The notes under the pieces: generated by a model
Told to the model about the DNA's origin: nothing
Seen by the model: the letters and a program-made list of their open reading frames with translations, nothing else
The model's database searches: none
Position numbers and translations under genes: made by a program
Source of the DNA: Ylistrum balloti
Lineage: Eukaryota
Assembly: GCF_031769215.1 (NCBI RefSeq)
Contig: NW_026781975.1
Span: forward strand, 496,001-560,000
Length of the DNA: 64,000 bases
Direction of reading: 5' to 3'
Part shown: piece after piece, positions 50,405-63,106 of the stretch
Position numbering within the stretch: position 1 is the stretch's first letter
Layout of the letters: each line of letters opens with the position of its first letter

Positions 50405-52468
50405 AGTATCACACCAGATTTCATTAGTTCACCTTCTTCCCAGCCAAAGTCACTAGCCAGTATGGAAAGTCATGTGTATATCCAGAATTGTGATGTGTCC
50501 CATGTTCAAGTCCAGAATGAACCTTGTGGCCTAGACCTCCAGGATATCACAGTCAGCGTAATCAGTTGTGGAACTCGACATACTGCACTTCTAACAGGTA
50601 AAAGAATCCACATACAACTTACAGTTTGTTAACGTCCGATTACGGTAGTATTCTAAAATTGTGTATTTTTTTCTTAATATTGATGATTTCTCTATTTTCA
50701 TATCTTTGTAAGCTTTAATCACTCTGTCATAATACTTCAGCAATAATGTTAAAATCAATTTACATCAAACATAGATCAACCCACGTTTTGTATCAGACCT
50801 ACTTTACATCAAACATAAATCAACCCAAGTTTTGTATCAGACCTACTTTACATCAAACATAAATCAACCCAGGTTTTTGTATCAGACCTACTTTACATCA
50901 AACATAGATCAACCCAAGTTTTGTATCAGACCTACTTTACATCAAACATAGATCAACCCAAGTTTTGTATCAGACCTACTTTACATCAAACATAGATCAA
51001 CCCAAGTTTTGTATCAGACCTACTTTACATCAAACATAGATCAACCCAGGTTTTTTCATCAGACCTACTTTACATCAAACATAGATCAACCCAAGTTTTG
51101 TATCAGACCTACTTTACATCAAACATAGATCAACCCAAGTTTTGTATCAGACCTACTTTACATCAAACATAGATCAACCCAAGTTTTGTATCAGACCTAC
51201 TTTACATCAAACATAGATCAACCCAAGTTTTGTATCAGACCTACTTTACATCAAACATAGATCAACCCAAGTTTTGTATCAGACCTACTTTACATCAAAC
51301 ATAGATCAGCCCAAGTTTTGTATCAGACCTACTTTACATCAAACATAGATCAACCCAAGTTTTGTATCAGACCTACTTTACATCAAACATAGATCAACCC
51401 AGGTTTTTTATCAGACCTACTTTACATCAAACATAGATCAACCCAAGTTTTTTTTATCAGACCTACGATAGTAATTAGGTAAGTAATACTGTGTAGCAAC
51501 TCCACATTCATTTTTGACTGGTGATGTGATTTGGCTTAAGTACATGTCACATGACTAGACACTATAAACTGATAGAGCTGTTAGCTGGCTTCAGCATATG
51601 TCACATGACTAGACACTATAAAATACTGGAGATGTGACCTGGCTTCAGAATGCGTCACATGACTAGACACTATAAAATACTGAAGATGTGACCTGGCTTC
51701 AGCATACATCACATGACTAGACACTACACACAAATAGAGATGTGAGAAGGCTTTAGCATATGTCACATGACTAGACACTGTAAAATAATAGAGATGTGAG
51801 CTGGCTTCAGCATACGTCACATGACTAGACACTTTAAACTAATAGAGATTTAAGCTGGCTTCAGCATACGTCACATGACTAGACACTTTAAACTAATAGA
51901 GATGTGAGCTGGCTTCAGCATACGTCACGTGACTAGAAACTACACACTTATGGAGATGTGACCTGGCTTCAGCATATGTCACATGACTAGACACTACACA
52001 CAAACAGAGATGTGAGAAGGCTTTAGCACATGTCTGATGACTAGACACTACAAACTACTAGAGATATATGAGTTGGCTTTAATACATGTCACATGATTAG
52101 ACACTACAATATAAAACATCACACATTGATCTCTTACAAACAATATACTCACTGAAAATTATTGCACCAATTTTTGTTTTCCTTATATTGAGAATCAGAT
52201 TAGTTTTTATGTATTTTCAACATTTATGTAATAAATTTCAGATGTAGGAGTTGTGTTAACCTGTGGATGGAACAAGTATGGACAGTTATGTCATGGTGAT
52301 ACAATGAACAGAGACTTTCTTCAATCTGTTGAACTCTTTGTGAAACAGAATTTAAAAGTTACAGGTATTCAGTGTGGCCAATGGAACACTATCATCACAA
52401 CACAAAGAAATCAAGGACATGATTCTTTGCCAATGAAGGAATACTTGTCACATGGACATTTGTCCTGA
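45372..52468 (+). CDS. RCCD1: RCC1 domain-containing protein 1-like; exons 45372-45522, 46798-47124, 48040-48211, 48475-48596, 49767-50597, 52242-52468
   Basis: The N-terminus WSAGFNGFEQ...GSWSQLAF resembles human RCCD1. RCC1 repeats include VSCGKEHVLLL, SRGQLGHG, VASGGWHSVAL, VWGWNESGQLG, ISCGTRHTALL and TCGWNKYGQLCHG. Phases are consistent. Confidence 0.88.
48955..49139. repeat. 91-bp tandem duplication in an RCCD1 intron
   Basis: There are two near-identical copies starting at 48955 and 49046. Confidence 0.92.
49856..50284 (+). repeat. Coding minisatellite, 11 x 39 bp (HSKSPDHSEVDVP), in RCCD1 exon 5
   Basis: 429 bp = 11 x 39, in frame between GWNESGQLG and ISCGTRHT. Units differ only at a synonymous CAT/CAC site. 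Confidence 0.93.
50348..50404 (+). repeat. (TCA)19 microsatellite encoding poly-Ser in RCCD1 exon 5
   Basis: Directly visible and in frame. Confidence 0.93.
50759..51466. repeat. 44-bp minisatellite, about 16 copies, in the last intron of RCCD1
   Basis: Unit TTTACATCAAACATAGATCAACCCAAGTTTTGTATCAGACCTAC. Confidence 0.96.
51521..52110. repeat. 54-bp minisatellite, 11 copies, in the last intron of RCCD1
   Basis: GACTAGACAC or a close variant recurs at 51553, 51607, 51661, 51715, 51769, 51823, 51877, 51931, 51985, 52039 and 52095. Confidence 0.94.
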
Positions 52469-53997
52469 CAAAAAAAAGAAAATGTAAAATAAAGCAATGA
52501 ATTCATTACAATAGATTTCTTGTTTTTCTCTCCTGTCTTATTGCTTAATGCAAATTTACAATGTAAATTGCTTACATTTGGTTGTGCTTCTTATATATTT
52601 GATGTCAAAATTGTTTATTTTTGACTGGCATCACTTATAGTTTTTCTTATAAATTAATTTCAAGGGACATAATTCTGTAATGCTTAAAGCATAGACTTAA
52701 AGCCAATAAACTATCGATGACATTTTTTGTGAATTAGTGAAGGAGATGTTCTGTCATTTAGCCCATTTCATTTTTCAACAAAGTAAAAAAAGCTTTAAAT
52801 CAGTTTTATTTATGGTGAATTACACATTATTCATTGGTTATACCCAGTAGTATGAAATATCCAAGTAAAGGTGGTCAAAATTATCCTGAGATGCAGTTAT
52901 TGATAGGAAATTTTGTATTATTTGTTTTTTTGTTTCAAGCTCTGTATGTCACAAAACATATATATTTATTCAAATTTCTATCCTATATCATCTTATCTTC
53001 AAAATGAATCCCCCCCCCATACTTTCATGTAAAGGGATATTTTTTAATGTATGGTTAACATAAACTGATTGAAATGGATTTATCCCAGTAATGTTAGTGT
53101 CATAGTGAAGGATTTTACTGCTATGTTGTAAGTCTCATCATTCCTGTAATCCAAAACATCTCTCTGGCTCAGATTTGTTTGCTGACCAGCGGCATGGCCA
53201 TAATAGTGGATGTAGAACCTGTTAGATAGATAAATAAATCTGGTTTAGAATTCATTAAAAGGATGACAGAATATGTACATGAAGACTTACATGGTAAAAC
53301 CATTAATATAAAAAAAATTCCATTTACATACATTATTGATTATGTTATCCGTTATATAACCTATTTGTAAACTGAAACTTAATGACATGATGATAGCGTG
53401 ATATATTTGTGAGAGCTGAGGTGTCACTACTTGTTCAGTAAAAAACAAACAGGAAGTTTACACCAGCAAATTAAAATTGTATTGCAGGAAATTACTGGTG
53501 CTCTTATATGTTTCTTTATTTAGAGACATTTTAGGTATCAGATACACACATAAAGATTTTAAACCGACCCTTTCCCCTTCCTCTACACACAGCACAGCCA
53601 ATTTTGAAAATGTTTTTGATATACTGGTACCTGCGTTCGTTTACTAAATTCATATTGAAAAATAACTTCAGGTATGCTTATGTTTTGACCGAACTTTGGT
53701 AATAACTGGGTATTATTTTTAGTCCATCTGCTGAATTTGCCTGGTATATCTAAATATTGGCATTCATTCAGAATACACATACCGGATATCATATTGGATC
53801 AATGATCTTTGTTATTTTATATTTATTTCAATCAATTTAGACTTTATAACTTTACTTGAATTTCCAAATTTTGACCCCTAGTTCATAATAGGGTTTCAAA
53901 TGAGTGTACAGAAGAAACACTGGTGATTAATACCTTTCTGTTCAATTTCCTGAACATGCAGGATCCATTGAAACTGCTCAAAACAACTAAAGTTCAA

Positions 53998-56900
53998 CCA
54001 GAAAATGCCAACATGTAACCAGAAAATGCCTACACATAATCAGAAAATGACAACCTGTAACCAGAAAATGCCTACACATAATCAGAAAATGACAACCTGT
54101 AACCAGAAAATGACAACATGTATCCAGAAAATGACAACATGTATCCAGAAATTGACAACATGTAATCAGGTGGTTAGTAGTTTTGATAAAGGTTAAGTTG
54201 AACATCTAGACGATCCAGAAATATAGTGTTGTTTATATGGATTCATGTAACCAGAAAATGACAACATGTAACCAGACATTGGCAACATGTAACCAGAAAA
54301 TGCCAAAATGTAATCAGAAAATGCTAACATGTAACCTGAAAATGCCAAGATGTAACCTGAAAATGACAACATGTATCCAGAAATTGACAACATGTAATCA
54401 GGTGGTTAGTAGTTTTGATAAAGGTTAAGTTGAACATCTAGACGATCCAGAAATATAGTGTTGTTTATATGGATTCATGTAACCAGAAAATGACAACATG
54501 TAACCAGACATTGGCAACATGTAACCAGAAAATGACAACATGTAACCAGAAAATGCCAAAATGTAATCAGAAAATGCTAACATGTAAACTGAAAATGCCA
54601 AGATGTAACCTGAAAATGACAACATGTATCCAGAAAATGACAACATGTAACCAGACATTGGCAACATGTAACCAGAAAATGACAACATGTAACCAGACAT
54701 TGGCAACATGTAACCAGAAAATGACAACATGTAACCAGACATTGGCAACATGTAACCAGAAAATGACAACATGTAACCAGACATTGGCAACATGTAACCA
54801 GAAAATGACAACATGTAACCAGACATTGGCAACATTGGCAACATGTAACCAGAAAATGACAACATGTAACCAGACATTGGCAACATGTAACCAGAAAATG
54901 ACAACATGTAACCAGACATTGGCAACATGTAACCAGAAAATGACAACATGTAACCAGACATTGGCAACATGTAACCAGAAAATGACAACATGTAACCAGA
55001 CATTGGCAACATGTAACCTGACATTGGCAACATGTAACCAGACATTGGCAACATGTAACCAGAAAATGACAACCTGTAACCAGAAATTGACAACATGTAA
55101 CCTGAAAATGACAACATGTATCCAGAAAATGACAACATGTATCCAGAAATTGACAACATGTAATCAGGTGGTTAGTAGTTTTGATAAAGGTTAAGTTGAA
55201 CATCAGACGCAACCTGTAACCAGAAATATAGTGTTGTTTATATGGATTCATGTAACCAGAAAATGACAACATGTAACCAGACATTGGCAACATGTAACCT
55301 GACATTGGCAACATGTAACCAGAAAATGACAACATGTAACCAGACATTGGCAACATGTAACCTGACATTGGCAACATGTAACCAGAAAATGCCAAGATGT
55401 AATCAGAAAATGCCAAGATGTAACCTGAAAATGACAACATGTAACCAGACATTGGCAACCTGTAACCAGAAAATGACAACATGTAACCAGACATTGGCAA
55501 CATGTAACCTGACATTGGCAACCTGTAACCAGAAAATGACAACATGTAACCAGACATTGGCAACATGTAACCTGACATTGGCAACATGTAACCAGAAAAT
55601 GCCAAGATGTAATCAGAAAATGCCAACTTGTATCCAGAAAATGACAACATGTAACCAGAAAATGACAACATGTAACCAGAAAATGCCAAGATGTAATCAG
55701 AAAATGCCAACTTGTATCCAGAAAATGACAACATGTATCGAGAAAATGACAACATGTAACCAGAAAATGACAACATGTAACCAGAAAATGACAACATGTA
55801 ACCAGACATTGGCAACCTGTAACCAGAAAATGCCAAGATGTAATCAGAAAATGACAACATGTAACCAGAAAATGACAACATGTAACCAGACATTGGCAAC
55901 CTGTAACCAGAAAATGCCAAGATGTAATCAGAAAATGACAACATGTAACCAGAAAATGACAACATGTAACCAGAAAATGACAACATGTAACCAGAAAATG
56001 CCAAGATGTGAAAATGACAACCTGTAACCAGAAAATGCCAACATGTAACCAGACATTGGCAACATGTAACCTGACATTGACAACATGTAACCAGAAAATG
56101 ACAACATGTAACCAGAAAATGACAACATGTATCCAGAAAATGACAACATGTAACCAGAAAATGACAACATGTATCCAGAAAATGACAACATGTAACCAGA
56201 AAATGACAACATGTATCCAGAAAATGACAACATGTATCCAGAAAATGACAACATGTAACCAGAAAATGACAACCTGTAACCAGAAAATGACAACATGTAT
56301 CCAGAAAATGCCAAAATGTAATGTATCCAGAAAATGCCAGAAAATGATGTAACCAGAAAATGACAACATGTAATCAGAAAATGCCAAATGTATGAAAATG
56401 ACAGCATGTATCCAGAAAATGACAACATGTATCCAGAAAATGCCAACTTGTATCCAGAAAATGACAGCATGTATCCAGAAAATGACAACATGTAACCAGA
56501 AAATGACAACATGTATCCAGAAAATGACAACATGTATCCAGAAAATGACAACCTGTAACCTGAAAATGACAACATGTAACCAGAAAATGCCAAAATGTAA
56601 CCTGAAAATGACAACATGTAACCAGAAAATGCCAAAATGTAACCTGAAAATGCCAAGATGTAACCTGAAAATGACAACATGTAACCTGAAAATGACAACA
56701 TGTATCCAGAAAATGACAACATGTAACCAGAAAATGACAACATGTAACCTGAAAATGACAACATGTATCCAGAAAATGACAACATGTAACCAGAAAATGA
56801 CAACATGTATCCAGAAAATGACAACATGTAACCAGAAAATGACAACATGTAATCAGAAAATGCTAACATGTAAACTGAAAATGCCAAGATGTAACCTGAA

Positions 56901-57562
56901 AATGACAACATGTAACCATAAAATGACAACATGTATCCAGAAATTGACAACATGTAACCTGAAAATGTCAACATGTAACCAGAAAATGACAACCTGTATC
57001 CAGAAAATGACAACCTGTAACCAGAAAATGACAACCTGTATCCAGAAAATGACAACATGTAACCAGAAAATGACAACATGTATCCAGAAAATGACAACCT
57101 GTAACCAGAAAATGACAACCTGTAACCAGAAAATGACAACATGTATCCAGAAAATGACAACATGTATCCAGAAAATGACAACATGTAACCAGAAAATGAC
57201 AACATGTAACCAGAAAATGCCAAAATGTAACCTGAAAATGCCAAGATGTAACCTGAAAATGACAACATGTAACCATAAAATGACAACATGTATCCAGAAA
57301 TTGACAACATGTAACCTGAAAATGTCAACATGTAACCTGAAAATGACAACATGTATCCAGAAATTGACAACATGTATCCAGAAATTGACAACATGTAACC
57401 TGAAAATGACAACATGTATCCAGAAATTGACAACATGTATCCAGAAATTGACAACATGTATCCAGAAATTGACAACATGTAATCAGGTGGTTAGTAGTTT
57501 TGATAAAGGTTAAGTTGAACATCTAGACGATCCAGAAATATAGTGTTGTTTATATGGATTCA
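53998..57562. repeat. 21-bp satellite (TGTAACCAGAAAATGACAACA and variants) punctuated by a conserved ~85-bp linker
   Basis: Linkers lie at 54161-54245, 54393-54477, 55159-55250 (variant) and 57478-57562. The intervening tracts hold 7, about 32 and about 106 monomers. Confidence 0.96.
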
Positions 57563-57749
57563 TATTAAGTTTACAAATCAAATATAAACGGAGAAGTACT
57601 TATCCTTATAATTTATAGACAATCTAAATGACTCTAATATTGGAGCATTTAAATACTATTCGCCAGTTATTGTTCTGTTTTGGAAATATTATGGGCAGGT
57701 TTTCCTTCGTTACCAAGCAAGTAAAGTTCTTTTGTATTAAAATGTAATA

Positions 57750-58190
57750 ATGTCTGCAGACGAGGATAAAATTATTGTATGCTCTATCGACAGCCACAAT
57801 CGTGCGGATTTAATGTCAAGATCGTGGAACTCTGGCCAGTGTTTTGTTTTCATTTTAGATTTCAAACTTCTGATTCATTTAAGAATGAATGATGGACCAG
57901 ATGGACGAGAAAATGAACCAACGCATCATGTTTTCCATTCTCTTGCTTAGATTTCGAAGAGATCCATCAACAGATCGGGTTTCACGACCTTTCATGAAAA
58001 GCTCTAGTGGCTTAACATTCCGAAAAAACTTAAATCACCAGCTATATGTGCCCAGGTGGACCATAGTTATAAGCAAATGTAGAACAAAGGGTAAGCTTAT
58101 AATCTGATGGAAAATGTTGCCACCAAAATCGACGAACGTCATTATCAACCAGAAATCCAATTGTTTTCACTACTTCATCGTACACTTGTA
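57750..58190 (-). mobile_element. Decayed Penelope-like RT fragment of the same type as 9701-10210
   Basis: The minus strand gives YDEVVKTIGFLVDN, then in a shifted frame FVDFGGNIFHQII, and later WPEFHDLDIK. Confidence 0.6.
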
Positions 58191-61100
58191 AGGATTTATC
58201 TTTTTGACCTTAGATGTACGTTTTGGCTTTCTTTGTAAAGGAGAATGGGGTATGATAGTGAACAGACATGAAAGGGTGTTCAATATTGGTCAAAATCTCA
58301 TGAGTTGAGTAAAATATACATACAATTAATTCCATTTCTTAAGTACACAGTACCACAATAAGAATATAACCTTTAATATTAAGAAGAAGTAATAAGAATG
58401 ACTAAGATTTGGTTGAATAACTAGACGAGACAACAACAAATTGTTTCGTTAAGAGATCCAGTATTAACGAAGGAGGTCCGTATCCTTATCATTGACTACC
58501 ATTAAATTATTCTTGGGATAAGCTTTGATTGGTCAGCTATGCGAGCCAGTAATAAAACGGTGTAAGCATATTGATACCTATGATATTAAGGAATCCAGTA
58601 TAATTGAGAAAGAATGTCTGTATTCTTATCAATAACCGGTAATGCGGCATATTGTAATACTAAAACATGATTAGTTTGTAGTTTTGTTATAGAATACTGG
58701 GCATTATGCCGGTAAACTAATGTTGATTTGAATAAACAAGGTTCATGATGAGGAAATAAAGTTTTGTGTTGAGGAAATATAATAGTATTTACCTGTCAAT
58801 ATGTCATTTATCTAGAATCAGAAGCAATATATAACATTTTATCTGTACTACTCTTGAAATTGTATAAGATATTCTATATAGTTTATGATATCCTATAACA
58901 GATCTTATGTGAAATAAACACTCCAATAGGACCTCTTTAAAAACTGACAGATTTAAATTTATTACCAACCGGTTGTATTTTAGTCTTGTATTGTGAATCT
59001 AGAACACGTTTGCAGAAAGATGGTTTCGCCGAGTTAATAAGACGATTGGACATAGCTTGTAATGGAACACCGATGATATGCATTTAACACGATAGGTTAC
59101 AGAAAACGCCCACTGTTCTCAATTCAGTGTATTTGTCCAACACACCTGTAGTTCCCTGTCCATCAAAGGGATAGTTAGGCTTGGCTAATGGCTTACTTTG
59201 CACAAAAATATTTTGGTGAAGAGTAAGAAGGATACTTCTGTATACCATGTATATAGGGATTACCAGTAACTTGTTATATCCCCCTACAGACATACATGAA
59301 CTGTATAAGGAATCTTAAAAATACATTAGTAATCTTCTATATGTCAAACATCTTATTTACAACATGTATATATATATATGCTATCTTTGATCAAATATAT
59401 ACAAACTTTCTTTTACAGTTTACAGTATGTAACTTTTATTTCGCAAATACTAAGTATATTGTAATCTAGAGGATGCTAATGAAAGCATATCATTTCAATG
59501 ACGGTAGGACTCCAATTTGAGTTGAAATAAAATGTTGGATTTTTTTTATTATTTTGTTGTCAATTTACTTGTGCAATCTTTACTAATAACACGGATGTAT
59601 GGGAATCCCATTTTATTTTGTTAAAACATGATTGGACAGAGCTCGTGTTATTTACTCCGGTTCGTTAATAGGGACACCGATGATTAACAAAAACACGTTT
59701 TTCTGCCATCTACACATTCATTGCTGAAAGGGTGGGGTGATTATAAGGTTTTTAAGATTCTTTATGATTTGCATAGCTATACATTTTAAATTTGATAGAA
59801 AAATCAATTATATTTTGTCATGGGTAATGACCCTGTAACTCAAATATTTAAAGATGTATGGATTTGATCGTGTGACTTGAATGTGAAATGTTATCTTCAT
59901 TCTGTATAGTTGATTTGTCATGACTCATTTAACTAACACTATGTTAGAACACAAGCTCGTACATGTGCATGCAATAACACGAATGTGTACCTGTGTTGTA
60001 GATGCTTTACGATTGCGTGCATGTACGATCTCACAATGATAAGATAAATAAAATTGAGATACTTTCCCCAATTTGGTTTTTGTGTGTACCAGGCATTGTA
60101 CATAATCACCCATGCACGTGCATTGCACGTAAGAACCCCAAAACGTAATTGTCGCATCCATTCCTATATTTTTACTTTAGAAGTTCGTTATGTACATTAC
60201 ACGAACTGAACTATTGAGGCTTATTTTCTTGAACTTCAACGGCCAAAAATGAAATGAATCCTGTCTTTCAAAGTATCTGTTGATAGACAAGTATTGTGTA
60301 ACCTGGCGGACTTTAAATGTAATAAGTTTATGACAACGGACTTTGATGAACTAAATTATTGATTGACATCTAACACCATGTACCTATCCTTGACTCTTCA
60401 GAAACTTGACATTTCTTGGACTTGATACAGATTTACGTATACTGTATATCATTGGTAAAACTAACGATTCTTATTTGCCCTCATGCAATAGTTTAAAAGT
60501 ATTTTCTTTTGCTAATGTGAGAAAGGATTCATACTTTCAAAATATTGACATCAAACAATCGTCATGTATAAATTTCCATCTTCTTGTATCTATAAATGGG
60601 AATTGATTTCAGCATAAAGTTAATGACAAAACTATACGAGAAAAATAGCCCCATTATTTAAGGATATACTAGTATTTCGCCAAGGCGATGACGCATGCTG
60701 TCAGATATTCACATGAAAAGGAAAGCATGATGGATTAGCTATGATAACATGGTATTGAGTAGATATTGAAATAGAGATCGGGACCTTCAGTATTTATGCT
60801 TATCATATTTATATTTCTCTCATATTTTGCTATGTAATGTCCTTTAAAATAAATTTACCGATTTATATATAGTATCATCAAATAATTATAGCTATTTAAT
60901 CTTCTAACGGTCCATATGTCAATAAGCCCTACACCGAGAATAGGTGATCTATTTGATTCTTGTTGATAAGGACACTGGGGTATACGTGACTCCTACATGA
61001 GTATTGTTGTATTATTTTCTATACCAATATGATGTTACATTGCGCTTTGTACAGTGATCTGCTTATGAGGTCATTGTCCGTAATACGTGCGTCGGGAGAG

Positions 61101-62736
61101 CATAATATCGGTGTTTAGATATGTTTAAATGTTGATTCACGCGTACAATAATTCCGTTAGTGTATCTTATTGTAAAGTGGATTACAGGTCACGTGATTTA
61201 GAGTATATTTGTAAGGTAAGTTAATGAGGGATAACGTTAATGTATAATATGGCATAATATTAGTGATAATCTATATACAGATATAGGCGTTTATCACTAA
61301 TTTTATCATATAAGACAAGACATGTCCTTATGGTCAAGTTGTCTGGTGAGAACTAGACACTGTCAAATACAAATATCTACTTATCACTAATGAGATCATT
61401 ACGGTGACTTAAGAACTTATCCATAATCTTCATCAAGTTGCATTCCCCGAAACCAGGTGTTCTTGGTTTATCTATTTGCTGTCGACATGTAACATTGAAC
61501 TCATGGTGTAAGGGAGTAGCCCTAGAACGTCTAACGAACTTGTGTCAACCCATTTGCTGTAATACAGATGTGAATTGCTTGTAGCAATACATTTATTTCT
61601 ATCCAACTAAGCACAGTAATAGTAAGCCGAAATATTGACAATGAGAACAAACAGTACGTCAAAAGACCAGAATTATTTTACTATCTTAGTCACACGTCTT
61701 GTTTCAGATTTAACCATCAAAGTGTATCGGTAGTTAATCAATACACAAACTATAGCTTTTGGATAAGGGTGTACACTACCAAACAATATTCCGATCAAGA
61801 TATAGTGACCAGTACTACTTTCTAGTTGTATCGATATATTGAGGTCAAGTTTATACGTAAACAATGTCCATGACAGGCAAATCTCTAAAGGTATACTGTT
61901 TAAACTCTATACTGGTTGGTATCACTTTAATATGTAATTTTCAAGTAAGTGTAGGTCCCGCCTGGTCACTTGATTGTTAAACAAGGTCCCCGTTATACCA
62001 GCTGTCGTAGTGGTGACACCTAGGTGTAAAGTGAGGGTGTGTGAAGTGTGGCTAAGAGATTAAGGCAAGGGGTTCGAGATGTGTAAATATGTAACGTATA
62101 CAGCAAAGTTCATTCAACAGTAGTCGAGGACAAAATACAATCGGACAATGTCATCGTGGAAAAGTTCTAAGTAAATGACTTACAATGGCGACTGTGTTTC
62201 CAATTACCGACGTGGATTTTGAGTGGCCCACTCTCTATCAGTGTGTTATCGTCAAAGGATTTCACATCTAACGTAATGGATTGAATTTCTAATCAAACGT
62301 GAAGATGTTTGATAACGTCCTTGTACATTGTTAATCTCCAGAAATTAATAACCCCTGAGGAACCGCTTAAGAATCCATACATAACCTTCCTAATATACTT
62401 TTTGTAAGATAGATAGCATTAGTTGCGATCACAGAAACGTGCTGAAGTGTTGCCTTCCTTTATCAATATTTTTTTCCTTAATCATTTAATTAAATAACCA
62501 ACCAAATACTGTCGTCAGAGCAAATTGTTACGTCGTGTTTGTTCACGCACAGCGCGTGACGTAATGATTAATGATGATGAGTGGAATAAAGGACAATTGA
62601 TATGTTATTGCTTATTTATCGAGACTAGGTAACAAACACAGTGTAGATACATTTAAGTTTAAGATGTAAATATTAAGTGGTAAGTGATAGTAACATCTGT
62701 TTTACATGTCTAATACGAAGGAGGAACGAAAACACC

Positions 62737-62817
62737 CTACCACCTCTGGGATTCGAACCAGCGACCCCCTCGGACTCTAGCTGGAGATTCTGCCTTTAGA
62801 TTAAAGGCAAAGCCAAA
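62737..62817 (-). other. tRNA-derived SINE head / tRNA pseudogene
   Basis: A perfect B box GGTTCGAATCC lies on the minus strand (62749-62759). The D-arm and A box are non-canonical, and there is no valid acceptor stem. Confidence 0.5.
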
Positions 62818-63106
62818 GGACAAACATTAGCAGAAGAGGAATTGTAAGGATATTTGCTTGAGCGAGAACACGACAAAATGTTCAATAATGTACCCGTCTT
62901 CAACTTTATCGACGACATAAAAGTGTAATGTCCTCAAAATGAGGCTGGGATACTAATGAAGAAGAAATAGAAAGTGAAGGATGCGAATATGAAATAATGT
63001 AAACATGTATTTCACCAGGTTAGTTCATATATACTGCATCGCAACCAGTTAGCGAGTAAGTGTGTAACATTTCGACAACTAGACATTACCTTTCATTAAA
63101 ACGATT

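Noticed and set aside
53987-57522. Long ORFs on both strands (up to 516 aa; MLSFSGY, CCHFLVT and MTTCNQK heptads) as genes
   Set aside because: They follow automatically from a 21-bp monomer lacking stops in several frames, and they overlap on both strands. They were not annotated as CDS.
53998-57562. CRISPR-like repeat/spacer array
   Set aside because: The constant element is the long linker and the intervening DNA is itself repetitive, not unique spacers. There are no cas genes and the context is eukaryotic.
59030-59293. Threonine-dehydratase-like GQGT...IIGV fragment on the minus strand
   Set aside because: The Gly-rich PLP loop is absent, a stop intervenes, and no other exons were found.
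61710-61820. FN3-like YTNYSFWIRVYT fragment
   Set aside because: It is a single short match ending in a stop with no usable donor site.
62737-62817. Functional tRNA gene
   Set aside because: Only the B box is intact, with no proper acceptor or D stems. It was treated as SINE- or pseudogene-derived.
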